DNA of 64,000 bases, taken from Saccharofermentanales bacterium. Its GTDB lineage: Bacteria; Bacillota; Clostridia; Saccharofermentanales; DTU023. Shown one piece after another: positions 53,536 to 62,753 of the stretch. The notes beneath the pieces were generated by a model. The model saw nothing but the letters and a program-made list of their open reading frames with translations. It was not told where the DNA came from and made no database searches. The first letter of the stretch is position 1. Every line of letters starts with the position of its first letter. A program made the position numbers and the translations under genes. Where the stretch lies: contig JBBAEW010000001.1 in assembly GCA_041655695.1 (NCBI GenBank), positions 30,999 to 94,998 of the forward strand. Direction: 5' to 3'.

Positions 53536-55794
53536 TTAACTATTTGATCCCTTGGGATAATAGGTATGCGTGATAGGGATAGCGGTCATATAGGTCCCGG
53601 TTGCGTTATAGATGGCGTTGACAATGGCGGGAGCTACCGGAGGGGTCGGGAGTTCACCAACACTCTTCGCACCGAAAGGGCCCGTCGACTCATAGCTTGT
53701 GACAATGTGCGTGTGAATAGCGGGCATATCGAGAGCAAGGGGGGTGTTGTAGTGAAGCAGATCTGAAGAAAGAACTTTCTTGGTTATCCTGTCAATCTCA
53801 ATCTCCTCCGTCAGGGCATAACCTAATCCCATACTGATACCACCGTGAATCTGGCCTTCGACGACATCAGGATTAATTGGTTGTCCTACATCCACGGCCT
53901 GAATAATGTGCTTAACCTGAACGCTCTTGGCTCGTTCATCAACAGCAACTTTTGCCCAACATACTACAAATGACAGAGGATCATCGGCAGGTTTGTAGTT
54001 TGAAGACCCTGTGATGATCTCATAACCCGTCTTGAGAGTCAGCATCTCCATAACTTCTTTCAAGTCCATGTCGAAATTCTTACGTCCACTATTCAGGGTG
54101 AATCGCCCCTTTGCGAAACCAATCTCTTTCCCGTCAACACTGTATAGCCGAGCTAGTCGCTCTTTTGTTTTATGAATGCAGTCTTCTACAGCCTGAGTAA
54201 CGGCGTTGCCAGCTCGGTAGGCTTGGCTGCTTGCGACGGTTCCTGTCTCATAAGGTGTGATCTCTGTATCAGCTGCGATGATGGTGATATCATTCAGATC
54301 AATCCCAAGTCCTTCAGCAGCGATTTGACTTAAGATTGTTTCGCTACCCTGACCGATATCGGCTGAACCTGTCAACAAGCTGACTGTGCCGTCTGAATTA
54401 ATCATAATCAGGCAACCGCTCGCATCCGCAATTGTTCCAGCCCCACTGGGATGGCATCCAAATGCTACGCCCCAGGCCTCTTTAATATGGTTGCTTTCAG
54501 GCTTTTTTTGATTTGCTCCTAGGTCAATATTCTTCCGAATTTGTTCTGCTTCGACGATGCATTCTTCCATGGCGCAACTGAATACTGTCTTTTCAGAGCC
54601 AGGGATTTTATCACCGGAGTTAACATGATTCTTCCGCCGAAAATCAACGGGGTCAAGCTGTAAGGCTTTGGCGATTTTCTCGAACATTACTTCCCGTGCA
54701 AAGGTTGCTTGGGGATTACCAAATCCCCTCATGGCACCGCCTGGGACGTGGTTTGTGTAAATTGCATAGCCTCTGCCAAGAAAATGTGGGATCTTGTAAT
54801 TGGTGAAAGCGAGGCTGATATTGACAACAATTCCTGCTACGTTTGCGTAAGCGCCACTGTTCAGATAGTTGTCAACAAGCATGGCTTTCAAATAGCCTTC
54901 CCTTGAGACTCCGATTTTAAGTTTCATTTTTGCGCTATGCCGCACTGTAGATCCGTACATCTGCTCTTCTCGGGAGTTGATAATCTTGACTGGCCTTCCG
55001 AGTTCCTTCGAAAAAATGGCAGCAACAGGTTGGTTATGTATCTGTTGTCTTTCTCCGAAGCCTCCACCCATAATCGGCTTGATAACGCGGATGTCGTTTT
55101 CTCTCATTTCCAGAAGCCTTGCCAGGAGACGCTTGTCTTTGAAAGGGCTTTGCGAGGTGCTGATAATTGTAAGCTTGCCACCATCGGAATAATTACAGAT
55201 GCAGCCGTTTGGTTCCAGTGAAATATTTTGAACGGTGGGGACGGAAAATTCATCTTCAAAAATGTAATCAGACTCTGCAAAACCTTGATCGATGTCACCT
55301 CTCTTTAGCTCTTTTTTGTAGAAAACATTGGAATCGAATAAATCAGGATGGAGCAAGTCAGCATCTTCTTTCATTGCTTCAAGCACGTCGAATACCGGTT
55401 TTAAAATTTCATACTCTATAACAAGTTTGTCAAGCGCCTCCTGACAGGCGATTTCGCTCGTCGCCGCAACGGCAGCGATTCTGTCTCCCATGAATAGAGG
55501 GTGGTCAGTCAGGATGGTTTGATCTTCTATAAATACCGGCGATTGAGTTATGACGGCACTATTATATAGCCTTTGGGGAACATCTTGTGGCAATAAAATT
55601 TTCAGCACTCCTGGAACCTTCTCGGATTCGGTCTTGTCGATGCTAATTACTTTGGCGTGCGAATAAGGACTTCTTTTCACCATCGCATAAACCATATTGG
55701 GCAAGGTATAGTCATCAGTGTATTTCGCCGTCCCGTTTATTTTTCTTACAGCTTCAAGTCGGGGATAGGAATCCCCTACCACTCTCAGCGCCAT
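53536..55794 (-). CDS. xanthine dehydrogenase family molybdopterin-binding large subunit
   Basis: ORF 53536..55815 (TTG) trimmed to ATG 55794 behind GGAAGGAG. Has an aldehyde oxidase/XDH a/b hammerhead and Mo-binding domains (GGGFGERQ, GNPQATFA, GQGSETILSQIAAE, GAKSVGE). Confidence 0.88.
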   Translation of the reverse strand: MALRVVGDSYPRLEAVRKINGTAKYTDDYTLPNMVYAMVKRSPYSHAKVISIDKTESEKVPGVLKILLPQDVPQRLYNSAVITQSPVFIEDQTILTDHPLFMGDRIAAVAATSEIACQEALDKLVIEYEILKPVFDVLEAMKEDADLLHPDLFDSNVFYKKELKRGDIDQGFAESDYIFEDEFSVPTVQNISLEPNGCICNYSDGGKLTIISTSQSPFKDKRLLARLLEMRENDIRVIKPIMGGGFGERQQIHNQPVAAIFSKELGRPVKIINSREEQMYGSTVRHSAKMKLKIGVSREGYLKAMLVDNYLNSGAYANVAGIVVNISLAFTNYKIPHFLGRGYAIYTNHVPGGAMRGFGNPQATFAREVMFEKIAKALQLDPVDFRRKNHVNSGDKIPGSEKTVFSCAMEECIVEAEQIRKNIDLGANQKKPESNHIKEAWGVAFGCHPSGAGTIADASGCLIMINSDGTVSLLTGSADIGQGSETILSQIAAEGLGIDLNDITIIAADTEITPYETGTVASSQAYRAGNAVTQAVEDCIHKTKERLARLYSVDGKEIGFAKGRFTLNSGRKNFDMDLKEVMEMLTLKTGYEIITGSSNYKPADDPLSFVVCWAKVAVDERAKSVQVKHIIQAVDVGQPINPDVVEGQIHGGISMGLGYALTEEIEIDRITKKVLSSDLLHYNTPLALDMPAIHTHIVTSYESTGPFGAKSVGELPTPPVAPAIVNAIYNATGTYMTAIPITHTYYPKGSNS

Positions 55795-55795
55795 C

Positions 55796-56329
55796 TTATA
55801 CTCCTTCCTTTTCAAGGGATTTCTTCACTCGCATCTCTTCTGCCGCATCTGCTACCGCTTCAACGATCTTGGTGTAGCCAGTGCAGCGGCAAAGATTTCC
55901 TGAGATTGCTTCCTTAATTTCAAATTCAGTTGGATCGGGATTGTTGTCAAGAAGATCCTTGGCCGCCATGATCATACCTGGGGTGCAGAAGCCACACTGA
56001 ACTCCCCCGAGTTTGGCGAAAGATTTTTGTAATGGATGGAGATCTTGATCACAAGAGATACCTTCAATCGTTATGACGCTCTTTTGATCCACTTGTGCAG
56101 CCAGTGTGGTACACGCATAAACGGCTCGTCCATTCAGAAGGACAGTGCACGCACCACAATGACTGCTATTACAAGCATTTTTAGTGCCCAAAAATCCTAT
56201 TTCTCTTCTCAGTAGTTCAAGTAACGTCAGCTCGGGACGAATTGAACATTCATGGAGTTGACCGTTGATGTGCAATGTTATGACGAGCATTTGACGTTCT
56301 CTTCCAAGGGGGTTCATTTTATCTAGCAT
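55796..56329 (-). CDS. xanthine dehydrogenase family [2Fe-2S] small subunit
   Basis: ORF with cysteine motifs [11 protein letters not shown] and CGFCTPGM...[17 protein letters not shown] 7 nt before ATG 56329. Confidence 0.9.
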   Translation of the reverse strand: MLDKMNPLGRERQMLVITLHINGQLHECSIRPELTLLELLRREIGFLGTKNACNSSHCGACTVLLNGRAVYACTTLAAQVDQKSVITIEGISCDQDLHPLQKSFAKLGGVQCGFCTPGMIMAAKDLLDNNPDPTEFEIKEAISGNLCRCTGYTKIVEAVADAAEEMRVKKSLEKEGV

Positions 56330-56350
56330 CTCAGTGCTCTCCTTTTCCGA

Positions 56351-56400
56351 AAATAAAAAGGCCGGTACACCAATTGCCGCAACAATTGTATGTACCGACC
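56351..56400 (-). terminator. intrinsic terminator in the leader immediately upstream of the molybdoenzyme operon (candidate attenuator)
   Basis: Minus strand GGTCGGTACA...TGTACCGGCC (10-bp stem including one G-U) followed by CTTTTTATTTT. The U-tract ends about 6 nt before the SD of the first operon gene. Confidence 0.65.
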
Positions 56401-56525
56401 AATATGATAACTATAACTATTTATCACACCTGCCGACACAAAATCGGTTTTAGTTGAAATTCTATTTGTGTAAAAATTCAACCAAAATTAAGGTTGGGAA
56501 AGGCTCTCCCCTGTCGATAAGAGTA

Positions 56526-56870
56526 TCATCTTTCGATCATTTTATCAAGAATAAACAAAAAATAAAGCGTATCTTTCTCGATCGAAAGCTTGCTGAGAAA
56601 ATCAATGACCTTGCAGCCTAGGAGTCGCTCAACTTCAGCAGCGTGATGCTCTTGGCATCGTGCTTTGATAATCTTTCGAAGTTTACCTATCAGTTCGATT
56701 CCATCACTCGTATGAAGCAGGCTCGTCTCCAGGGGTGTGAAAATTCCATTGAACTCGACGACGATGTAGTTTTTGGTCACACCTACGTTAGTCTGGACGG
56801 GTCCCTTCCCCACATCATCCTTATAAAGCTTTATGAAGCTTTCCCTCAGTTGCACCTCAAGTGGCTTCAT
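56526..56870 (-). CDS. DUF2294-family small protein
   Basis: 114-aa ORF. The pattern DDVGKGPVQTNVGVTKNYIVVEFNGIFTPLE...GCKVIDFLS...LYFLFILD matches my recollection of the DUF2294 consensus. [10 protein letters not shown]. Confidence 0.6.
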   Translation of the reverse strand: MKPLEVQLRESFIKLYKDDVGKGPVQTNVGVTKNYIVVEFNGIFTPLETSLLHTSDGIELIGKLRKIIKARCQEHHAAEVERLLGCKVIDFLSKLSIEKDTLYFLFILDKMIER

Positions 56871-57156
56871 TAAGACTACCTCCTTTCCGGTTTTTCCCAG
56901 CGGACAACGTGTTCACCGGCAATCTTGTTCCAGTTCGGGTCTAACAAGATGGACTGCGATTCTGTTCATATCATAACAGCAACATACAATTATCTTGTAT
57001 TTTCTACCAATTGCCAAGCAGCATCAGAGAGCTGTTATTTAGATTGTAGATGACTAATTCCTGTGTTTCTTCCATGTGTGGGTTTCCTTCAATATATCAC
57101 CCTATTTCAATATGCTTCACGGCAGGTCATCTTAGCCGGTCGCCGTACAGGTGTGC

Positions 57157-57185
57157 TTTACAAAGCCAGGTCTTCCTGATATCAT
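57157..57185 (+). promoter_or_regulatory. candidate sigma-70-type promoter of the str operon
   Basis: TTTACA-17 nt-TATCAT, 66 nt upstream of the rpsL ATG. Confidence 0.5.
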
Positions 57186-57194
57186 TTGTACTCA

Positions 57195-57220
57195 GTCGCC
57201 CGCATAGCGGGCAACTTTTT
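57195..57220 (+). promoter_or_regulatory. 5' leader hairpin plus T5 upstream of rpsL
   Basis: GTCGCCCGC-ATA-GCGGGCAAC (one mismatch) followed by TTTTT. Lies between the candidate promoter and the SD GGAAGGAGG. Confidence 0.45.
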
Positions 57221-57250
57221 GAGCAAATCTTTATGGAAGGAGGTGTGTTG

Positions 57251-57676
57251 ATGCCTACGTTCAACCAGTTGGTTAATAAGGGACGGAAGTCAAAGCAGGA
57301 TAAAACCAAGGTTCCGGCATTGGCTTCGGGACTGAATACCTTGAAAAGGCGCGCGTCCTACTATGCGTCACCGCAGAAGCGCGGTGTGTGTACGGTTGTT
57401 AAAACGACAACGCCCAAAAAGCCGAATTCGGCTCTCCGCAAGGTCGCCCGTGTCCGTCTTACGAACCAGCACGAGGTTTATGCCTACATCCCTGGCATCG
57501 GCCATAACCTGCAGGAACACAGCGTGGTTCTGATTCGCGGCGGCCGTGTCAAGGATCTGCCTGGTGTCCGCTATCACGTGATACGCGGGACACTTGATAC
57601 AGCCGGAGTGTCGGATCGTAAACAAAGCCGTTCCAAGTACGGTGCCAAGCGCCCGAGGGTCGCAAAGACCAAGTAA
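57251..57676 (+). CDS. rpsL: 30S ribosomal protein S12
   Basis: Inner part of ORF 57050..57676. [13 protein letters not shown]...[10 protein letters not shown]...[12 protein letters not shown]...[14 protein letters not shown] is full-length S12. SD GGAAGGAGG. Confidence 0.97.
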   Translation: MPTFNQLVNKGRKSKQDKTKVPALASGLNTLKRRASYYASPQKRGVCTVVKTTTPKKPNSALRKVARVRLTNQHEVYAYIPGIGHNLQEHSVVLIRGGRVKDLPGVRYHVIRGTLDTAGVSDRKQSRSKYGAKRPRVAKTK

Positions 57677-57825
57677 AGGCCAGCGGTTGGATAAACACAT
57701 GCAGACGAGACACGCCTCTTTATCGGGCCGGTTTCCTGTGCATGACACGTGTCCATATCGTGAGTACCTTATGGTTTCGGGTTCCCAGAAACGAACCCGC
57801 ATAATCATGAAAGGAGGGAAGACCA

Positions 57826-58296
57826 TTGCCAAGGAAAGGCCATATTCCCAAGAGAGAAGTACTGCCCGATCCCGTCTATCATGACGTGAGGGTAGCCAAA
57901 CTGATTAACAACGTCATGCTGGACGGCAAGAAAGACCTGGCCCAGGGCATCGTTTACAGCGCCTTTGATTTGATGGAGGAGCGCGCGGGTCAGCCGCCGC
58001 TTGAAGTATTCAACAAGGCCATGGAAAACGTCATGCCTGTGCTGGAAGTCAAGGCTCGCCGCGTCGGCGGATCCAACTATCAGGTCCCCATTGAGGTCAG
58101 ACCGGACAGGCGCCAGACGCTGGCTCTGCGCTGGATTGTTCAGGCAGCCCGCTCAAGAAGCGAACGCACCATGAAAGAACGTCTGGCCAATGAGCTGCTT
58201 GACGCATCCAAGCAGGCCGGTAACGCACACAGGAAAAAGGAAGAGATCCACCGCATGGCGGAAGCCAACCGCGCTTTTGCCCACTACCGCTGGTAA
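57826..58296 (+). CDS. rpsG: 30S ribosomal protein S7
   Basis: ORF with TTG start behind [27 protein letters not shown]...[18 protein letters not shown]...AFAHYRW. Confidence 0.97.
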   Translation: MPRKGHIPKREVLPDPVYHDVRVAKLINNVMLDGKKDLAQGIVYSAFDLMEERAGQPPLEVFNKAMENVMPVLEVKARRVGGSNYQVPIEVRPDRRQTLALRWIVQAARSRSERTMKERLANELLDASKQAGNAHRKKEEIHRMAEANRAFAHYRW

Positions 58297-58332
58297 AACG
58301 GATCAAGAAGAAGGGAACAGGAGAACAAAAAG

Positions 58333-60408
58333 ATGCCACGCGAATTCTCGCTTGAGAATACAAGAAATATCGGCATCATGGCCCATATCGACGCCGGCAA
58401 GACGACGACGACGGAGCGTATCCTTTACTACACGGGAAGGATCCACCGGCTTGGTGAAACCCATGAGGGTGCCGCCACCATGGATTGGATGCCCGAGGAA
58501 CAGGACCGCGGCATTACGATTACATCGGCCGCGACGACGACGACATGGGAAGGGTGCCGGATCAATATCATTGATACGCCCGGCCATGTCGATTTTACCG
58601 TTGAAGTGGAACGGTCGCTCCGTGTTTTGGACGGGGCGGTCACTGTTTTGTGCGCCAAAGGCGGTGTTGAACCGCAGACGGAAACCGTCTGGCGCCAAGC
58701 CGACAACTATGGGGTTCCCCGGATCGCTTACATCAACAAGATGGACATCATCGGGGCTGATTATTTCCATGTCGTCAAGATGATGAAAGACCGTCTGGGT
58801 GCCAACGCCGTGCCCATCCAGCTGCCTGTGGGCAAGGAAGATTCTTTCCTGGGTATCATTGATTTGATGACCATGAAAGCGGAACTCTACGAAGATGACG
58901 ACCTGGGTAAGACCATTACCGAGGCCGAAATCCCCAATGAACAGCTGGAAGAAGCCAGGGAATGGCGGGGGCGGATGGTTGAGGCCATCTGCGAAACCGA
59001 CGACGCCCTGGCGGAGAAGTTTCTGGGCGATGAGGAGATCTCCGTCCAGGAACTGAAAGAGGCGCTGCGCAAGGCCACCATTGCCACGGCCATCACGCCG
59101 GTGACTTGCGGTTCATCCTATAAGAACAAGGGTGTCCAGATGCTTCTGGACGCCATGATCCAGTACCTTCCTTCGCCCCTGGACATCCCGCCGGTGGTGG
59201 GGTTTGACCCCAGGACCGGAGAAGAACTGTCCCGGCCGGCTGATGACAAGGCACCTTTCTCAGCCCTGGCCTTCAAGGTCATGACCGACCCCTATGTCGG
59301 CCAGCTGTGTTTTTTCCGCGTTTACAGCGGAACCCTCAAAGCGGGCACCTATGTGAAAAACGCAACCAAGGACAAAAGGGAGCGCATGGGCCGCATCCTC
59401 ATGATGCACGCCAACCACCGTTCGGATGCCAGTGAAGTCTACGCCGGCGACATCGCCGCGGCGGTCGGGCTTCGCAATACAACGACGGGGGATACACTGA
59501 CGACCGAACAGTCGCCCATCGTTCTGGAGAGCATGGACTTTCCCGAACCGGTGATCTCGGTCGCCATTGAGCCCAAGTCCAAGGCAAGCCAGGAGAAGAT
59601 GGAAGTCGCTTTGGCCAAGCTGTCCGAGGAGGATCCAACCTTCCAGACACGCGTGGACAAGGAGACCGGGCAAATGATCGTTTCCGGGATGGGTGAACTC
59701 CATCTGGCCATCATTGTTGACCGGCTCCTGCGCGAATTCAAGGTGGAAGCCAATGTGGGCCAGCCCCAGGTTGCCTACCGCGAGACCATCACCGCTCCGG
59801 CCAAGGGCGAGGGACGCTTTGTCCGTCAGACAGGCGGCCACGGCCAGTACGGCCATGTGGTGATTGAGATCGAGCCGCTTGAAGCCGGAGAAGGTTTCCT
59901 CTTCGAAGACAAGACAGTTGGCGGGGTCGTCCCCAAGGAGTTCATCAAGCCGGTGGAAGAAGGCATCAGGGAAGCCATGAACGGCGGCCTGGTTGCCGGC
60001 TACCCGGTCGTCGACCTCAAGGCCCGACTGATCGATGGTTCAGCACATGACGTCGATTCGTCGGAAATCGCCTTCCGGATCGCCGGATCCATGGCTCTTC
60101 GGGATGCCTTGAAAAAGGCCAGCCCCATCTTGATGGAACCCATTATGAGGGTCAGCGTCATCGTTCCAAGTGATTACCTGGGCGATGTCCTGGCAGATCT
60201 GAGCGCCAGGCGCGGTCAGATCCAGGGGATGGAGGCCACGCACAACGCACAGGCGGTGACCGCCTTCGTTTCCTTGTCGGAGATGTTCGGTTATGCGACC
60301 GCCTTAAGATCGCGGACGCAGGGGAGGGGTGATTTCACCATGGAGCCCAGTCATTTTGAACAGGTACCGGAAAGTATCCGGGCAAGCATGGTGACACGCT
60401 CCTATTAA
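58333..60408 (+). CDS. fusA: translation elongation factor G
   Basis: 691-aa ORF with G-domain motifs [14 protein letters not shown] and NKMD. Confidence 0.97.
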   Translation: MPREFSLENTRNIGIMAHIDAGKTTTTERILYYTGRIHRLGETHEGAATMDWMPEEQDRGITITSAATTTTWEGCRINIIDTPGHVDFTVEVERSLRVLDGAVTVLCAKGGVEPQTETVWRQADNYGVPRIAYINKMDIIGADYFHVVKMMKDRLGANAVPIQLPVGKEDSFLGIIDLMTMKAELYEDDDLGKTITEAEIPNEQLEEAREWRGRMVEAICETDDALAEKFLGDEEISVQELKEALRKATIATAITPVTCGSSYKNKGVQMLLDAMIQYLPSPLDIPPVVGFDPRTGEELSRPADDKAPFSALAFKVMTDPYVGQLCFFRVYSGTLKAGTYVKNATKDKRERMGRILMMHANHRSDASEVYAGDIAAAVGLRNTTTGDTLTTEQSPIVLESMDFPEPVISVAIEPKSKASQEKMEVALAKLSEEDPTFQTRVDKETGQMIVSGMGELHLAIIVDRLLREFKVEANVGQPQVAYRETITAPAKGEGRFVRQTGGHGQYGHVVIEIEPLEAGEGFLFEDKTVGGVVPKEFIKPVEEGIREAMNGGLVAGYPVVDLKARLIDGSAHDVDSSEIAFRIAGSMALRDALKKASPILMEPIMRVSVIVPSDYLGDVLADLSARRGQIQGMEATHNAQAVTAFVSLSEMFGYATALRSRTQGRGDFTMEPSHFEQVPESIRASMVTRSY

Positions 60409-60544
60409 GGCCCGGGAATGCCTGAAATGAGCATTCTCACGCAATATAGATTGCGTTCATATGTGTTTTATGAGAAAATCATGGGACACGCAAAATAAAA
60501 ATAATCAGATCCAAATAACGATCGACCAGCAGGAGGATATCTGA

Positions 60545-61750
60545 ATGGGAAAACAGAAATTTGAAAGAACAAAACCGCACGTTAACGTCGGTACGATCGG
60601 TCACGTTGACCATGGTAAGACGACCCTGACGGCCGCCATTACCAAGGTGCTTTCGAGCGAAGGCCTGGCCAGCTTCACTGACTACGCCGCCATCGACAAG
60701 GCACCCGAAGAAAGAGCGCGCGGCATCACAATCAACGCCGCCCACGTCGAATACGAAACAAAAAACCGCCACTATGCCCACGTTGACTGCCCGGGCCACG
60801 CCGACTACATCAAGAACATGATCACCGGTGCCGCGCAGATGGACGGTGCCATTCTGGTCGTATCAGCCGTTGACGGCCCCATGCCCCAGACGCGTGAGCA
60901 CATCCTGCTCGCCCGCCAGGTCGGCGTTCCTGCCATTGTCGTTTTCATGAACAAGTGCGACCAGGTGGATGACGAAGAGATTCTGGACCTGGTGGACATG
61001 GAAATCCGTGAGCGCCTGAACGAGTATGACTTCCCCGGCGATGACACACCCATTATCCGCGGTTCCGCCCTGGAAGCCCTGGAATCAACCAGCACCGACC
61101 ACAATGACCCGGTCTACAAGCCCATCCTTGATCTCATGGAAGCCGTCGATACCTTCATTCCGACGCCTGCCCGTCCGATCGACCTGCCTTTCGCCTGTCC
61201 GATCGAAGACGTCATGACCATCACAGGCCGCGGCACTGTTGTCACCGGCCGTGTCGAGCGCGGTCAGATCGATGTCAACAAGCAGGTTGAGATCGTCGGT
61301 CTTGCGGATGAGCCCAGAAAAACCGTTGTTACGGGTATTGAGATGTTCCGCAAGATGCTGGATCACGCCGAAGCAGGCGACAACGTCGGACTTCTGCTCC
61401 GCGGTGTTTCCCGTGACGAAGTCCGTCGCGGCCAGGTTGTTGCGGCGCCCGGATCCATCAAGCCTCTGACCAAGTTCATCGGCCAGGTCTATGTCCTGAC
61501 CAAGGATGAAGGCGGACGCCACAAGCCCTTCTTTGACGGCTACCGTCCCCAGTTCTACTTCCGCACCACCGACGTGACCGGCGTTGCCCATCTGCCTGAA
61601 GGCGTTGAGATGTGTATGCCTGGTGACCACGTTGAAATCAGTGTTGAGCTGATCACGCCCATCGCCATCGAACCCGGACTCAAGTTCGCTATTCGTGAAG
61701 GCGGCAAGACGGTCGGATCCGGTACGGTTGTCAAAATCGTCGAAGACTGA
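60545..61750 (+). CDS. tuf: translation elongation factor Tu
   Basis: 401-aa ORF with [14 protein letters not shown] and NKCD. SD AGGAGG. Confidence 0.97.
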   Translation: MGKQKFERTKPHVNVGTIGHVDHGKTTLTAAITKVLSSEGLASFTDYAAIDKAPEERARGITINAAHVEYETKNRHYAHVDCPGHADYIKNMITGAAQMDGAILVVSAVDGPMPQTREHILLARQVGVPAIVVFMNKCDQVDDEEILDLVDMEIRERLNEYDFPGDDTPIIRGSALEALESTSTDHNDPVYKPILDLMEAVDTFIPTPARPIDLPFACPIEDVMTITGRGTVVTGRVERGQIDVNKQVEIVGLADEPRKTVVTGIEMFRKMLDHAEAGDNVGLLLRGVSRDEVRRGQVVAAPGSIKPLTKFIGQVYVLTKDEGGRHKPFFDGYRPQFYFRTTDVTGVAHLPEGVEMCMPGDHVEISVELITPIAIEPGLKFAIREGGKTVGSGTVVKIVED

Positions 61751-61776
61751 AGCAAAACGTCTGAAAAACACAAATA

Positions 61777-61812
61777 GGGCGCCCCGGGCTCGTACCCGGA
61801 GCGCTCTTTTTA
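61777..61812 (+). terminator. rho-independent terminator after tuf
   Basis: GGGCGCCCCGGG-CTCGTA-CCCGGAGCGCTC followed by TTTTT. Confidence 0.7.
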
Positions 61813-61856
61813 TTGGCGGCCTTGTGAGAGAATGTGAAACCAAGGAGGTGGCAGGC

Positions 61857-62384
61857 ATGCAGGATATTTTACTGGTTGTCGATATGCAGGAGGATTTCGT
61901 GGACGGCTCCCTGGGGACCCTCGAGGCGCGCTCGATCGTTGCCAATGTGGTCCGGAAGATGGAGAACCATCAGGGTCCCGTCATCTTTACCCAGGATACG
62001 CACGGTCCCGATTATCTTGAGACCCAGGAGGGCAGGATGCTCCCCGTCGAGCACTGCATCCGCGGCAGCCGGGGCTGGCAGATCGTCCAGGAAGTGGCCC
62101 AGGCCCGTCAGGGGCGGATTATTGAGAAGGATACCTTCGGCGCCCGCGACCTGCCCGGCCTTCTGATGGAAATGAATGAGGAAGACCCCATCTCCTCCAT
62201 CACTCTGGTGGGCCTTTGCACGGACATCTGTGTCATCTCCAATGCCATGCTGATCAAGGCCTTCCTGCCGGAAGTACCTATTATCGTCGACTCGGACTGC
62301 TGCGCGGGCGTCACACCACAAAGCCACCAGGTGGCCCTGGATGCCATGAGAGTCTGCCAGATTCAGGTGACCGGCCCGGCTTAA
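61857..62384 (+). CDS. isochorismatase-family cysteine hydrolase (nicotinamidase-like)
   Basis: ORF 61695..62384 trimmed to ATG 61857 behind AAGGAGG. Has LLVVDMQEDF and the catalytic Cys region LVGLCTDICV. Confidence 0.8.
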   Translation: MQDILLVVDMQEDFVDGSLGTLEARSIVANVVRKMENHQGPVIFTQDTHGPDYLETQEGRMLPVEHCIRGSRGWQIVQEVAQARQGRIIEKDTFGARDLPGLLMEMNEEDPISSITLVGLCTDICVISNAMLIKAFLPEVPIIVDSDCCAGVTPQSHQVALDAMRVCQIQVTGPA

Positions 62385-62731
62385 AGAAGGCCGTCGTAGT
62401 CGCCTTCCCTGTAGCCGATCAGGACCTGATCATCCAGAACAAAGAGCGGCCTTTTAACCAGAAAACCGTCGGTGGCCAGAATTTCGATCATCTGATCCTC
62501 GCTCATGAGCGGCAGCTTGTCCTTGAGACCCAGCTGCCGGTATTTGATTCCGCTGGTATTGAAAAAGCTTCTGGCGGGTTTGCCGCTGCGGGTGATCCAG
62601 GTTTTCAGCTCCTGGCTTGTCGGCCTCTCCTCGTGGATGGGCCGGTAGGTGTAAGGGATTTTGTGCTCATCAAGGAACCTCCTTGCTTTTCGGCAGGTCA
62701 TTCACTTGGGATAACAGAGAAAGAGATTCAT
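62381..62731 (-). CDS. ArsC/Spx-family thiol-redox protein, predicted selenoprotein (TGA codon 10 read as Sec)
   Basis: ORFs 62702..62989 (tail ...MNLFLCYPK) and 62381..62701 (MTCRKARRFLDEHKIPY) are in the same frame, separated only by TGA (62702..62704). Joined, MNLFLCYPK-U-MTCRKARRFLDEHKIPY aligns with Spx [36 protein letters not shown] is 7 nt before ATG 62731, and there is no SD before ATG 62701. Confidence 0.65.
62671..62685 (-). promoter_or_regulatory. candidate bacterial SECIS stem-loop
   Basis: The mRNA reads CAAGGA-GGU-UCCUUG starting 16 nt after the UGA. The apical loop contains GGU about 22 nt downstream of the UGA. A flanking UGC/GCA lower helix is possible. Confidence 0.45.
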
Positions 62732-62753
62732 CCTTCCGCTCCTTTCACAGGGG

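Larger units (their letters stand above)
48540..57240. other. low-GC genomic island (putative horizontally acquired catabolic module)
   Basis: Hand-counted 60-nt lines inside give 37-43% GC (49081, 51601, 54001). Flanking lines give 58-63% (47041, 59401). All seven genes are on the minus strand with AT-rich codon usage and strong SDs. Confidence 0.65.

Noticed and set aside
48540-57240. Calling the low-GC island a mobile element.
   Set aside because: I found no integrase, transposase, tRNA target, or flanking direct or inverted repeats. It is reported only as a compositional island.
57050-57250. 67-codon N-terminal extension of the rpsL ORF in the track.
   Set aside because: S12 aligns from MPTFNQL at 57251, which has a strong SD. 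The extension is non-coding leader read in frame.
62665-62690. Perfect SD-like AAGGAGG followed 7 nt later by ATG, inside the ArsC/Spx-family gene.
   Set aside because: The ATG is out of frame and opens only a ~22-codon ORF. The sequence simply encodes KARRFLD and forms the SECIS-like hairpin, so it is not a gene start.
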